Program-made: the position numbers and the translations under genes
Part shown: in pieces, positions 37,641 to 50,077 of the stretch
Position numbering within the stretch: the first letter of the stretch is position 1
How the letters are laid out: every line of letters starts with the position of its first letter
Source of the DNA: Octopus bimaculoides
Taxonomy: Eukaryota
Assembly: GCF_001194135.2 (NCBI RefSeq)
Contig: NC_068981.1
Location: 516,357 to 580,295, forward strand
Direction: 5' to 3'
DNA: 63,939 nucleotides
Notes under the pieces: generated by a model
Seen by the model: only the letters and a program-made list of their open reading frames with translations
Database searches by the model: none
What the model was told of the DNA's origin: nothing

Positions 37641-37955
37641 GACAATCACACTCTAAACAGTTTCCTTCCAAGCACTGCGTAAACAACGGAAGTGAACTAG
37701 AATGTTAAAACTTAGTGCACAGCAGAATTCAAAGTCAATCTTTGCCAAGTAGCTTCACTCTGCAGTCTTTAGCTTCATTATTATGACAACAGTCCAGGTA
37801 CTTATTGATCAGACCTTGTATTACAAAAAATATTACAAATGATAGTCGAATGATATTTTTGTTTCTCTTATTTCTCCCATCTCCTTTGCCACATTTTCTC
37901 TTTCTATTTTTTTTTTTTGTTTTAGTGATGTGTTATTTTTATTGTCCACTTTTAG

Positions 37956-38180
37956 GGGGATATTCCAATGATCCAGCTGTTTACCGAAACTGGTGTTTGG
38001 GACATTTTATGGCACCGAATAGCCCAGGCTCTTCAAGTGAACAATCCACAAAGTAATCGACCAATCCATGATCTAGAAACCAGCTTGGATGCCAACCACT
38101 TCCAGAAACCTGACTGGTCTTTGGTCTCTCCTCAAGGACTTGTTGCAGCTTTGGAAATTGCTGTCAATGTCTTCACTAAA
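37956..38180 (+). CDS. STK36: STK36 internal exon (GDIPMIQLFTETGVWDILWHRIAQAL...KPDWSLVSPQGLVAALEIAVNVFTK)
   Basis: tttag| acceptor, |gtaaga donor, 225 nt; LWHR and PDWSLVSPQG match human LWHR and PDWTLISPQG. Confidence 0.92.
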
Positions 38181-38329
38181 GTAAGAAAAGAATCTGTAAT
38201 ATAAACAAAGAAAATGAAATAATTCCAAGACATCCACTTGATTCAGTTATTCTTAAATGATTGGATTATTCAGACAAATTGATAGTATTGTCTTACAGTA
38301 GGTATCCATCGGTCTCGAGAGGTCATGAA

Positions 38330-38660
38330 TTTGTGCCCAAATCAATCATGTCAGCTGCTGATGGTGGTGCAGCATCGGTTGTGACTGTACAGGCCTACAT
38401 GGGAATACAGCGACTGCATTTGAAGGAGCTCTCTGCTGGTGCTGCTGATTTTTCCTTCAGTGTTGGCCCTGTGCCGTTATATTGGCCCATTTTTATTTCT
38501 GTGAAGAAGTGATTGATATAAGTCTAGTGTCTGTCTTTTGACGTGTCCAGTATGAGAGACCCTACTAGGAGCTTGTTCTCAGCTGGTATATCTCTCAGGG
38601 TCATTGAGGTGGACAAACTATCACACCATAATGGGGTTGAACCTTGTGATGGATTATAAT
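38330..38660 (-). mobile_element. Possible decayed RTE/BovB-like ORF C-terminus
   Basis: FKCSRC...HVGLYSHNRCC across a frameshift resembles the RTE terminal C2H2-like motif. Confidence 0.4.
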
Positions 38661-38671
38661 AATACATTAAA

Positions 38672-39074
38672 AGCACATCTGAGCGTGATTGTTGACAGGG
38701 CCATGGATTGGCTCCTATGCCGGTGGCATGTAAAAAGCACCATTCGAGCGTGATCGTTGCCAGCGTCGCCTTACCATAACATTCGAGTGTGGTTGTTGCC
38801 AGTGCCGCCGGACTGGCTCCCGTGCAAGTAACACGTAAAAAACACCTTCTGAGCATGGCCGTTGCCAGAACCACCTGACTGGCCCTCATGCCTGTGGCAC
38901 GTAAAAGCACCCACTACATTCTCAGAGTGATTGGTGTTAGGAAGGGCATCCAGCTGTAGAAACTTTGCCAGATCAGAATGGAGCCTGGTGCAGCCTTCAG
39001 GCTCACCAGTTCTTAGTGAAACCGTCCAACCCATGCCAGCATGGAAAGCAGACATTAAATGATGATGATGATGA
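38672..39074 (+). mobile_element. RTE LINE 3' end
   Basis: Tandem units, core, (GAT)n. Confidence 0.78.
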
Positions 39075-39485
39075 GATTGCTATAGAAGTTAAACTCTAAA
39101 GTAGTAATGGTCCTAAATTAAATTAATTACACATGGTTTCTATTGTTACTATAATGGTTTAGGTTCTTCAGAGTTGATTAATGACATACCTCTAGTAGTC
39201 AGGTACCCCAGAGCCATTTATCTTTCAATCTCTAGTTGCTCTTATTGCTTCTAACACTCCTACCACCCCCACCACTCTCCTACACTAACCATCAACCCTA
39301 GTCCTTCAGCCACAGAACAACATCCCTCTAGAATTTCCTCCCTGCTCATGTTCTTCTGAAGGTCCTCACCTGCAACAGTTTATTCAGAGCATTAACAATA
39401 TCAAACTCACTGGTCTCAGAAAGCCTGCAAAAGTCTTGAACACTGTGTCGTCTTCCAGATGGTTATAAGACATTTCACAGTAAAC

Positions 39486-39893
39486 ATTTTTGCAGTAGGA
39501 AAATTCACCATAAAAAATTTTGTCAGTCAGACAAGAATAAAAGTTTTTTTATACCAGCATTTAAAAAAAAAAAGAATGATGTGAGTTTTTATATAAGCAT
39601 TAAATAGGCAAGTCTTTATTTAACATCAGACATTAAAAAAATAGTTATAGGAAATTTCACCATAAACATTTTTGCCATAGGATCATTCATCATAACAAAT
39701 TAAATTTCATTTTAAATGACTTCATTACATTTTTTTTTAATGTTTGACATTAAATAAAGATTTGCTTATTTAATGTTTTTATAAAGGTTTTTATCAATCT
39801 TTTTAAATCAAAAATATGCTGATGTAATATTTTTTATCTTTGTCCATGCTGCAAATTGTTTTACGATGAATTTTCTTTAGGGTGAATCTTCCA
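39486..39893. mobile_element. Degenerate foldback / MITE with long inverted arms
   Basis: ~39598-39642 vs ~39731-39776 inverted; outer ggaaaattcaccataa vs ttacgatgaattttc. Confidence 0.55.
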
Positions 39894-40705
39894 GACTTAA
39901 CAAGTAAAAGAAAAGCTGTTAATCATAAAAACAGAAGACCTCATAGCAGCTAAATCTCCCTCAATTCCCACTGTACATTCTTAAAATAAGAAGGAAATGT
40001 GTATCCGAGATAATGTAATCTTAGATACACCACACCTTAATAAAAGACAGGGTGGCCATGGCTAGAATGTCTTTGATCATAGGTCTGCTTTATCAGTGCT
40101 GACTTGAAGTTAAGCAACAGATGTTTCAAGTGTAATAATGGGCAGAGTATCTTTATTTAGCCAGTGTTTTTGGTAATAATGCTTCATACATAACCACACA
40201 CACACACACACACACACAAATTCTTCGTTTACTCTCACCTTACCTCCTCTTCTATGCAAATATACATTTACATACACACATACAAGCATGCATACACAAA
40301 AGCATAGGATCAGATCTTGGACAGAGTCAGAGCAGACCTTGAAGAGAGAAGGAAGTCACTGAAAAGATTGCAAACAGTGATGAAAGAACTTTGACTAACA
40401 AACAGCAAATTAATTGTTTAACCAATACATTAAATAAATGATCGATTAGTTTGTTGGTTAGATATTTAACCAATTGGCTAGCAATTAAGAAGTGATATTA
40501 AACCAGTGCATGTGTTATTATTGGCTTAATGACCCTCCCAAGACAGCAATATTTGTTTCAACATACAAATTCACATTAAGTAACTTGCAAACTAAATACA
40601 TAAATGGAGTTTCCATATTATTCTTATATCATTATTTTTTTTTATTAAACAATTCTATATTGTTACTAATACTGGTTGAATAATTTTTTTTTTCTTTTCT
40701 TACAG

Positions 40706-40809
40706 GTTCCTCAGGAATTTGTCACTTATTTATCTGTACCTGACAAAATATTTATGCTAACACTTAACCATTTGTTAACCAAGGAATTTCTTGCAATCCT
40801 CATTAAAAG
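40706..40809 (+). CDS. STK36: STK36 internal exon (VPQEFVTYLSVPDKIFMLTLNHLLTKEFLAILIK)
   Basis: long pyrimidine tract + tacag|, |gtatct donor, 104 nt, phase 0-2; collinear with human [24 protein letters not shown]. Confidence 0.88.
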
Positions 40810-41308
40810 GTATCTGTGGTCTTGAATTGTTCATGAAATGCTGTTTGATCTTTTTTTTTTCTTTTTCAGTTCATCATTTTTAACTATGATTTGTTTTATT
40901 TTTTAAAAAAGTTTTTCAAGATGGCCTACCATTATTTTTGTTAGCTTGACATCTCAGACAGATACATGAGGAGTTTCCATACATGTTTCATCCATCCGAT
41001 TCACGGATGGTAGATTCAAGGTGGTAGACAGCCTGAGACTATAATAAAAAACACTTGCCCAGGGCGCTGCACACAAGGATTGAACCCAAAACCATGTGGT
41101 TACAAAGTGAGCTCCTTAACTACACAGCCACAGCTATAAACAATACTGAGATTTCAAAATAGATTCTTTTTTTTTTATTAATACATTTCATATAAAATAA
41201 TAATAATTAGATTTTTCTTTCTTTTANNNNNNNNNNATTTCATATAAAATAATAATAATTAGATTTTTCTTTCTTTTAATTCTGATTTTTTTTTTTTTAT
41301 GTATTTAG

Positions 41309-41422
41309 TGTTGATGTTAAAAGTTCAGAATTACCGACCGAAATCTTGTTACGAGTTGTTCAGATGTGCTGCTATCCTTTTGGTTTAGATGTTGACATAG
41401 AAATTACAGAGCAAACGGTCAG
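41309..41422 (+). CDS. STK36: STK36 internal exon (VDVKSSELPTEILLRVVQMCCYPFGLDVDIEITEQTV)
   Basis: tatttag| acceptor, |gttggt donor, 114 nt, phase 2-2; CCYPFGLDVD matches human LCFPFALDMD. Confidence 0.9.
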
Positions 41423-41637
41423 GTTGGTTGAATATTGCTTCCATTTCTTTTATCAGTTGCATACTTGAATTGTTTCAAGTTCTTTACTCCAGACATTTAG
41501 ACAAAAATCTGCGTTTTGAGGGCATTTTTTATTACTAAAACTTCAAAATGTGTCCTTTTAGTTTCTTGAAACAGTAAAAGTAATAAATGAATAAAATGGA
41601 ACGTTGTTTATTTATGGATTATAACTCTATTCATCAA

Positions 41638-42035
41638 TACGCAGGAGTGGCTGTGTGGTAAGTAGCTTGCTTACCAACCACATAGTTCCGGGTTCAGTCC
41701 CACTGCGTGGCACCTTGGGCAAGTGCCTTCTACTATAGTCTTGGGCCGACCAAAGACTTGTGAGTGGATTTGGTAGACGGAAACTGAAAGAAGCCCGTCG
41801 TATATATGTATATGTATATATGTGTGTGTATATGTTTGTGTGTCTGTATTTGTCCCCCAACATCGCTTGACAACCGATGCTGGTGTGTTTACGTCCCTGT
41901 AACTTAGCAGTTCGGCAAAAGAGACCGATAGAATAAGTACTAGGCTTCCAAAGAATAAGTCCTGGGGTCAATTTGGTCAACTAAAGGCGGTGCTCCAGCA
42001 TGGCCACAGTCAAATGACTGAAACAAGTAAAAGAG
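41638..42035 (+). mobile_element. tRNA-derived SINE family B, best full-length copy
   Basis: A box tggctgtgtgg, B box ggttcagtccc, CORE-like accttgggcaagtg, internal (TA)n(TG)n, gactgaaacaagtaaaag tail. Confidence 0.82.
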
Positions 42036-42237
42036 AGTAATACAAAGATATGAGAAAAATTTTTAATTTGCTCTACACTTGAAGCTTATGAATAAGCAGA
42101 GTTAGTGGAATGGTTGACAGAATGCCTTGTGGTGTTTAGTTAAACCACTTTCTGATATGAGTTCTATCTTTGCCCAAACCAATTTTTACCTTTCATCCCT
42201 TAGTGGTGAAGCAATATTTCAAATACTAGGGATGATG

Positions 42238-42442
42238 TAATGGTTTCAAATTTTGCCACAAGGGCGGCAGTTTTTGGGGAAAGGGATGAGTCGATTACAT
42301 CAACCCCAGTGTTCAACTGGAACTTAGCTTATTGACCCTGAAAGGATGAAAAGTAAAGTTGACCTCGGTAGAATTTGAACTCAGCGCATAGCACTAAGCA
42401 TTCCGTCCAGCACTCTAATGATCCTGCTAGCTTGCCGCCTTA
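42238..42442 (-). mobile_element. SINE family E
   Basis: Same central domain on the minus strand. Confidence 0.68.
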
Positions 42443-42599
42443 CTGGAGATGATATAATGGAGTAAAGACTTCATCTAAAAACTGTGTGGCACTGCGCTAA
42501 TACTGGAAATCGTAATTAAGGAGATAATTAGCATACCAACAATTTAATACATGTTGATAAAAGATTTTGAAGGAATCAAAATGTTTTAAAATAATGGAA

Positions 42600-43345
42600 C
42601 ATCATCATCGTTTAATGTCCGTTCTCCATGCTGGCATGAGTTGGATGGTTTGACTGAGGTCTGGAGAGCCAGGAGGCTGCACCAGGCTCCAATCTGATCT
42701 GGCAGAGTTTCTACAGCTGGATGTGCTTCCTAACACCAACCACTTCAAGAGTGTTGTGGGTGCTTTTTACGTGCCACTGGCACAGGAACCAGTCAGAGGG
42801 CACTGGCATCAGCCACGTTCGGATGGTGCTTTTTNNNNNNNNNNNNNNNNNNNNNNNNNNNNNNNNNNNNNNNNNNNNNNNNNNNNNNNNNNNNNNNNNN
42901 NNNNNNNNNNNNNNNNNNNNNNNNNNNNNNNNNNGGCACTGGCATCAGCCACGTTCGGATGGTGCTTTTTACATGCCACCAGCACATATGCCACTCAGGC
43001 AGACCTAGCATTGATCACATTCAGATAGTGCTTTTTACATGCCACTGTCATGAGAGCCAGTCAGGGAGCACTGGCATTGACCACGTTCAGATGATGCATT
43101 TTACATGCCACCAGAATAGGAGCCAATCACTGGACACTGACCACAGCTACGATTTTGGTTTTACCTGACTCAACAGTTCTTCTCAAGCATATCATATTGC
43201 CTGATGCATCAAGGGTACTTTTAAATGGGCCAGACATGCAACACTGGCATCAGCCATCGCTGTGATCTCACTTTAGTTACCGGGTTGCCGGATCTTCTCA
43301 ATCACAGCATTCTCCAAAGGTTTTGGTCTCCTGTCATTGCTTCTG
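42600..43345 (-). mobile_element. RTE LINE 3' end with ORF C-terminus (second subfamily)
   Basis: Minus strand MTGDQNLWRNAVIEKIRQ-like end, several units (gap inside), core and tail. Confidence 0.75.
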
Positions 43346-43633
43346 TGACATTTGTTGATTATTTGGAACTAGAGAATATGGAAGTGTTGCAAAAACAGAA
43401 GTAATTCATTGTTAAATTTTCTGTGTTTTTTTGTTTATTTGGTTTTTCTCATTCTTGAAACTTGGAAGAAAAGTGGCTATGTCTACCTATGTACACGAGA
43501 GTAATAGTGGACATTATGATATTCATAACTATTTACATGTAAACTTATTGACAGGTACTTGCCTAGAGAAGCATTTGCTTCTGTAATTTCCCCTGCTATA
43601 AAGAGATTAAGAATTACTGACTATAGTTTATAA

Positions 43634-44911
43634 TCACTGTTATAAAGAGATCAAGATTTGCTGATCGTTGTCACTAATTTCGATTATTTCCTGGGATATT
43701 CCGAGGATGGTACTTTCTGGAAAGTTTCGAAGATGAGCTACTTCCTGGATAGTTCCGAGGTGGGGACGAATTACTTCATGGAAAGTTCAGAGGAGGGGAT
43801 TACATCCTGGAATGTTCCGAGGTATGCAAATTACTTCCTGGAAAGTCCCAAGAAAGAGCAGGAATTACTTTCTGGAAAGTTCCGAGGAGGGGGTAATTTC
43901 TTCCTGGAATGTTCCACGGATTTGGAGGAGGGGAGGAATTACTTCGTGGAAAGTTCTGAGGGGGAGGAAGTTCTGGAGAGGAGCGCCCGTCATGCTGCTG
44001 CAGAATTTGGATGCACCAATAATGTGTAACGTCACATGCATGATAATCAAAATTTATACTCCCGAGTTTTACAAGCAACCATCTTGAATGGACCGGCCGC
44101 TGGTCAAGATGTTCTTATAACTCCAATGTCCCTCCTCCCTCCGATACGATCTACAAGTTTAAGCGGCTTCAATTTCCTATCAAACTCTCCTTTGCAATGG
44201 CAATAAATAATGCACAGGGTCAATCATTGGAAATGGTTGTTTAAATCTCAGAGCAAGTGTTCTCCCACGGTCAACATTACGTTGGATGCTCCCGTGTTGG
44301 CAGGCCACAAGTCTATACATTTGTGTATCAGAAGGGAAAATGAGAAACGTTGCCTACAAAGAAGCACTCCACTGAAAAGACGGCTTTTCTTCACATCTTC
44401 CAAATCACCCCAGTCATCTGCCGCCTCAAAAGCTTCGTACTTGCCGTGCCAGCCAATGTAAGTCAATGACACACAACTTCATTCATTCACTTTATGTCTC
44501 TCTCTCTCTCACATACACACACACACACACACACACACATGCACGTCCATTTCATATATCTTTCAATTTCTGCTCTCAGCAAATAAAATTTTTACAGATA
44601 CAACTGCTTACAAAAATTGGGATTAATGTATTTCTTTCTATGTTCATAATTAAATAAATGTTTTAATGATTATACAAACGTCCAATAGAATAGATCTCAG
44701 AAACAGACTACGTACAAATTCTTTCTTCACAACTCCTGAAGCCATTTTCTGACAGGAGGTTGATGAAGTCTTCAAACAGCTAGAGGCTCCAATCAAAACA
44801 GGGGTCCCGAAATGATAAGGTTGAGAAACGCTGTTATAGATTATGCCTAACTGAAAACGATCACAGCCACATCATCCAAACAGACCGGGTGAAACCGGGT
44901 TTAGCTGCTAG
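43634..44911 (+). mobile_element. Non-autonomous Helitron with helicase remnant and minisatellite
   Basis: FKRLQFPIKLSFAMAINNAQGQSL...HGQHYVGCSRVG at ~44080-44300; ccgggtgaaaccggg hairpin and CTAG at 44908-44911; 5' boundary uncertain. Confidence 0.75.
43686..43985 (+). repeat. ~30-bp minisatellite (gaattacttcctggaaagttccgaggaggg), ~10 degenerate units
   Basis: Direct reading; the unit length is a multiple of 3, which explains the overlapping ORFs here. Confidence 0.85.
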
Positions 44912-45209
44912 TTTCTATATAATAGGGAAGATTGGAGAGGATAATCATCAGTTCTTGATCTCTTAACAGGTTATAGCAGACAATCAACAGTTTTTGATCT
45001 CTATATAACGGACATTATGAAACTGGACTCTCATGTCACTCAGATGAATGAGGGACTCGGCAGGACATAACTAGACAGTGTTTTTAGTTCAATGTCTTAT
45101 CTTGCCAACTCATGTGGGAACTTAGGGATAGATTGAACCTGGCTCTCTGCTGGATTCTTGTCTCTTTCAGCTGTAAGTTTTCAACTGTGAGTTCACAGCT
45201 GTAACCTAC

Positions 45210-45631
45210 ACCAGTGTCGCATAACCAGCCCGCTCAAAAGTACCTTGGATCAAAGGGCGACATTCTGTGCTTGGGGAGACCTATTGAGTCAAGTACATCA
45301 ACATCAATATCAGAATCAAATCAAATGGAAATTGTAGTTGTGACCCCTGTGCTGGGTCAGTGCCAGTGCCGCTTTGACTGGCTTCCATGCTGGTGGCACG
45401 TAAAGAGCACCATCCAATCATGGTTGATGCCAGCTCCTCTGGCCTCTGTGCTGGTGGCACGTAAAAAGCACCCACTACACTCTCGGAGTGGTTGGTGTTA
45501 GGAAGGGCATCCAGCTGTAGAAACATTGCCAGATCAGATTGGGGCCTGGTGCAGCCTCCTGGATTCCCAGACCCAAGTCAAACCGTCCAACCCATGCCAG
45601 CATGGAAAATGGACGTTAAATGATGATGATG
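45210..45631 (+). mobile_element. RTE LINE 3' end
   Basis: gagacctattgagtcaag 3'UTR, units, core, (GAT)n. Confidence 0.78.
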
Positions 45632-45728
45632 AGGATCTTTATCCTGGTTGCCTCAAAGTCAGAGATGACTCAGTAGCAGGAGCTTCTCCAGAAATTATAG
45701 AGGACAATCAACGGTTCTTGATCTTTGA

Positions 45729-46973
45729 TTAACCCTTTCGTTACTATATTTCTGACCAAAATACACCCCTCATGAGTTTCAATTAAATTCTAAAATAATC
45801 ATGAATTTAGACTAGTCTCATTAAACAACTGTAACTTTTTTATTTATCAACATATTAATGTGATATTTGGAACATAAAAAAAGGGTTCTTAATCAATTCT
45901 ATTGCATAATTTTTGTCTCAAAGTTCTCCACGTACTGGAGTACTGCTAGTGTCTCTCACATGTAAATATTGGTTCAGCTTCACGAATCGTACTCGTTCAT
46001 AATACTGGAAATATATTCATCGCCAAAAGGTTCCTGATCGCTCCAGTAATTTGTTATTCTGGGTAACTGTCTAATATCCATGATAATANNNNNNNNNNNN
46101 NNNNNNNNNNNNNNNNNNNNNNNNNNNNNNNNNNNNNNNNNNNNNNNNNNNNNNNNNNNNNNNNNNNNNNNNNNNNNNNNNNNNNNNNNNNNNNNNNNNN
46201 NNNNNNNNNNNNNNNNNNNNNNNNNNNNNNNNNNNNNNNNNNNNNNNNNNNNNNNNNNNNNNNNNNNNNNNNNNNNNNNNNNNNNNNNNNNNNNNNNNNN
46301 NNNNNNNNNNNNNNNNNNNNNNNNNNNNNNNNNNNNNNNNNNNNNNNNNNNNNNNNNNNNNNNNNNNNNNNNNNNNNNNNNNNNNNNNNNNNNNNNNNNN
46401 NNNNNNNNNNNNNNNNNNNNNNNNNNNNNNNNNNNNNNNNNNNNNNNNNNNNNNNNNNNNNNNNNNNNNNNNNNNNNNNTTTTCTGGTGTAAAATCATCC
46501 TCGCTGTCGCCGTCGCTGCTTTCAGAATTGCTACTTTCAGAATCGCTGCTTTCAGTTTCGGATACAGAAATATCCGATTCATTATCGTTCACCACGTGAT
46601 TTTGTAGCTCATTCATTCTTTTCTTTGATATCTCCATATCTTCTGTTGAAAAACCTTCAAATTCGGAATCACTGCTTGATAGCATGAAACTCCTCTCCAT
46701 CTTCAAAGTTGAAAAAAATTAACGCCGCAAAAAATGTGGAAAAAATCTTCCAAAATTCACTGAGTTCAAATATCATGCCCAATGATGTCGGATACAATAA
46801 CTCAACTGTTTGCAAAGTGAAATCAGGTGTTTAAACGAATGTACTAATGAGATTTGGGTTCAAATATACATTTAAATAACAATGGGTACTCTCGGCCGGC
46901 TACGGCCGGGTTGGTCTTATGAACCAAAAAATTTTTCGGCCAGCTACGACTGGGTTAGTAATGAAAGGGTTAA
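45729..46973 (-). mobile_element. piggyBac-family element, internally deleted or gapped
   Basis: TTAA on both sides; TIRs ccctttcgttacta / tagtaatgaaaggg; acidic N-terminal ORF 46706->46481 (SSSDSEFEGF...SDISVSETESSDSE). Confidence 0.8.
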
Positions 46974-48329
46974 CGGAGAAAATTACAGAAGACATTCAGT
47001 AGTTCTTGATCTCTATATAACAGAGATTTTAGAGGACCATCTTTAGTTCTTGACGAAAATTGTAGAGTACAGTCAGAAGCCTTAGAGATAAAAGAATTTA
47101 TGGAAGAGAATCAGCGATTCTTTGTCTCTGTATAACAGAGATTATAGAGAACTATCAGTAGCACTTGATCTTTATCTGACAAAGATTGTGAAAAACAATC
47201 AGAAGTTTTAGATTCCTCTATATCAGAGGCCATAAAAAAAGGAAAAATCAACTGTTCTTGATTTCTACGTAACAGAAGAGAACACTTTGAAACAAATTGC
47301 TTTGAATAAGTCGCATATGTGAACTGATTTGAATAATATTAGAATTACTGTCTCCATCTGTTTCTATCTTTTTTTTTTTTAATCCTAAACTTCTGTATCT
47401 TACTAATGCTTACAATATTATTTTATGCATTTCTATTATCCACAAGGGAGAGTGTGTAGCTTCTTAGACATGATTAAGGCAGATTATTCTAAGAAGAAAC
47501 ACTCTGAAATAAAAACAAACTAAACAAAAAAAGTAATATATCAGTTAAACATAAGTTACTCTCAGGGGATGTTTCTGAGATAAATCTTATTTATTACCCA
47601 AAATATGGAAGATATATATCCATATAAAGAATGTGTTGAATAAAATATTTAGTGCAGTCAAACAGCTACTACCCATTGTTTACTGCACAGGATAGCTTTC
47701 ATTAGAGTAAATATTATAAGGCATTTTCAACAGATCAGTACATTAAATAACCGAGAAATATGAATCCATGGTAAATTACGAGCTAAAACTGGCAAAATAA
47801 TAATAAAAAAAAAAGAGAACAAGAGAAAATGTTGTACAAGAATACAAACTCAATATATTATGTTATGAAGGAAAGAAAAGTAGTCTTGATGTTTTGGCCA
47901 GATGATTGTCAAGATATAAGGGAAGAAAGGGAGAAAATAAGGAAAATAAATAGGCAAAAAGAAACAAAACAAAAGGTAGAGAATATTTATGAAAGTGGCA
48001 ACATGACAACTATTGGCAGAAAGGTGAGGTTAAGTTGTTTAGGAGCAGAGAACATGCAAGGTAGAGGGCTAATGTATTCTGCTAGTTCTAAGGTTTTGGC
48101 AAAAGGTGGTGGGGCTGATGTATGCTGATGGCTCTAAAGGTTTTGGCAATAAACTAAATTAGCTGAAATGTCAAGGAAGTGATTAATAGTATTATCAAAG
48201 ATATTTTAAATTTGTATACATCTCTGAGTTGTGCCAAATGCAGTCATAAAAACTAGAAAGTGGTATAAACGTTGAAAGAGAAAAGCAAACCTTGTATATG
48301 AGGAGGAAACAGTTGTGACTATTAACTCC

Positions 48330-49330
48330 ATCCAAGATACAGGCCACCACCATCAAATAGAAGTGATCAAGATGTCAGAGGAGCCTGTATCTCTCTGACC
48401 TGGACTATGCAGGTGACCTTGACCTCACAGCCTGCCATCTGTTTGATGCTGCAACCAAAATCATCATCATCGTCGTTTAACGTCCGCTTTCCATGCTGGC
48501 ATGGGTTGGATGGTTTGACTGAGGGCTGGCAAGCCAGAAGGCTGCACCAGGCTCCAATCTGATCTGACGAAGTTTCTACAGCTGGATACCCTTCCTAATG
48601 CCAAACACTCCGAGAGTGTAGTAGGTGCTTTTATGTGCCACCAGCACGCGGGCCAGTCCGGTGGCACTGGCAACAACCATGCTCAAATGTTGTTTTTCAC
48701 GTGCCACCGGCACATGTGCTAGTAAGGTGACACTGGCTACGATCATGCTCGAATGGCACTTTTTACGTACCACCAGCACAGGAGCCAATCAGCTGCTCTG
48801 GCAATGATCGTGCTCAGATGGTGCTTTTATTATTGCACTGGCACAAGTGTGCCAATCAGGTGGTACTGTCATCGGCCACGTCAATGCAAAGAAGAATGAG
48901 TACATGACCACTAATAAGGTAAAAAACCACCCTGCTGTTTGTTCAAATGATGGTACACACAGCTTGAGGATGTCAGTGGCTTCAGATACCTTGGGTCTTA
49001 AGTTGCTGACGACAAGAAAAACTTGATGACACATGGGGGGAAAATCTTGTAATGCTGGTTAACAAGCTTCATCATATCTGGCAATCAAATGTTTCAAAGT
49101 GAACAAGGCTGATCTTTTTCAGGGCCGCCATCCTTTATATGGAGCTAAAAGCTAGACTCTGAGTAAGACACTTAAAGATCTCCTCCATGGTATAAACACT
49201 AGGATTTTCATGTAGGTTCAAAAACATTTCGTAATATGAGCAAAAGACTGGAAAGGACATTTATGGACACATTCCACTCATCACTGTCGTTATTCAATAA
49301 TGCAGTGTAGTCTTTGCTGGCTTCTGACAC
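48330..49330 (+). mobile_element. Decayed RTE-clade reverse transcriptase fragment, split by a later insertion
   Basis: LSDLDYAGDLDL (YADD-like), then HVNAKKNEYM, LEDVSGFRYLGS and LYGAKS*TLSKTL across frameshifts and stops. Confidence 0.7.
48461..48880 (-). mobile_element. RTE LINE 3' end nested in an older RT fragment
   Basis: (CAT)n, tail, core, units. Confidence 0.78.
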
Positions 49331-49377
49331 CAGGCCACAGCAGATGTTATATTTTGGACACTTCCACATCCTACTAG

Positions 49378-49695
49378 AAAGTAAAGGCTTAAGACCCCTT
49401 CGGTCGTGACTGACCCTGGGATTGCACCCAGAAAGTTCCCCTCTGAGGCACAAGTCCAGGCAAGGTTGTTTATGGAAGACCAGCAGTTACCCATGCATAC
49501 CGGCCTCCTCTCTCAACGCAACTGATGTTATCCAAGGGAAAGGCAAAGGGGCCGATACAGCTTGGCACCAGTTACATCGCAACTCATTTCTACAGCTGAA
49601 TGAACTGGAGAAGCATAAAATAAAATGTCTTGCTCAAGAACACAACACACAACCCGGTCTGGGAATCGAACTCACTACCTCATGAATGTGAGCCT
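49378..49695 (-). mobile_element. tRNA-derived SINE family C
   Basis: gagttcgattccc B box, cttgagcaagaca CORE-like segment; degenerate relatives at ~1590-1760 and ~26252-26420. Confidence 0.6.
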
Positions 49696-50077
49696 GACAC
49701 TATCATATATATATATATATATANNNNNNNNNNNNNNNNNNNNNNNNNNNNNNNNNNNNNNNNNNNNNNNNNNNNNNNNNNNNNNNNNNNNNNNNNNNNN
49801 NNNNNNNNNNNNNNNNNNNNNNNNNNNNNNNNNNNNNNNNNNNNNNNNNNNNNNNNNNNNNNNNNNNNNNNNNNNNNNNNNNNNNNNNNNNNNNNNNNNN
49901 NNNNNNNNNNNNNNNNNNNNNNNNNNNNNNNNNNNNNNNNNNNNNNNNNNNNNNNNNNNNNNNNNNNNNNNNNNNNNNNNNNNNNNNNNNNNNNNNNNNN
50001 NNNNNNNNNNNNNNNCCTACGTAAAAAAGTGTGCTATTGTCTGGGAGATTTTTATAGTAGTAGAAAAGGCATTTTAA

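Larger units (their letters stand above)
44925..47285 (+). repeat. Degenerate ~44-bp tandem array split by RTE and piggyBac insertions
   Basis: Recurring agattatagag..caatcag.agttcttgatctctatataac units at 44925-45015, 45670-45728 and 46975-47285. Confidence 0.6.

Noticed and set aside
41183-41278. Exact ~40-bp direct repeat either side of a 10-N gap (likewise 50210-50380 and 42785-42970)
   Set aside because: Typical unmerged contig overlap; assembly artefact
43658-44087. Overlapping ORFs on both strands
   Set aside because: By-product of the 30-bp minisatellite
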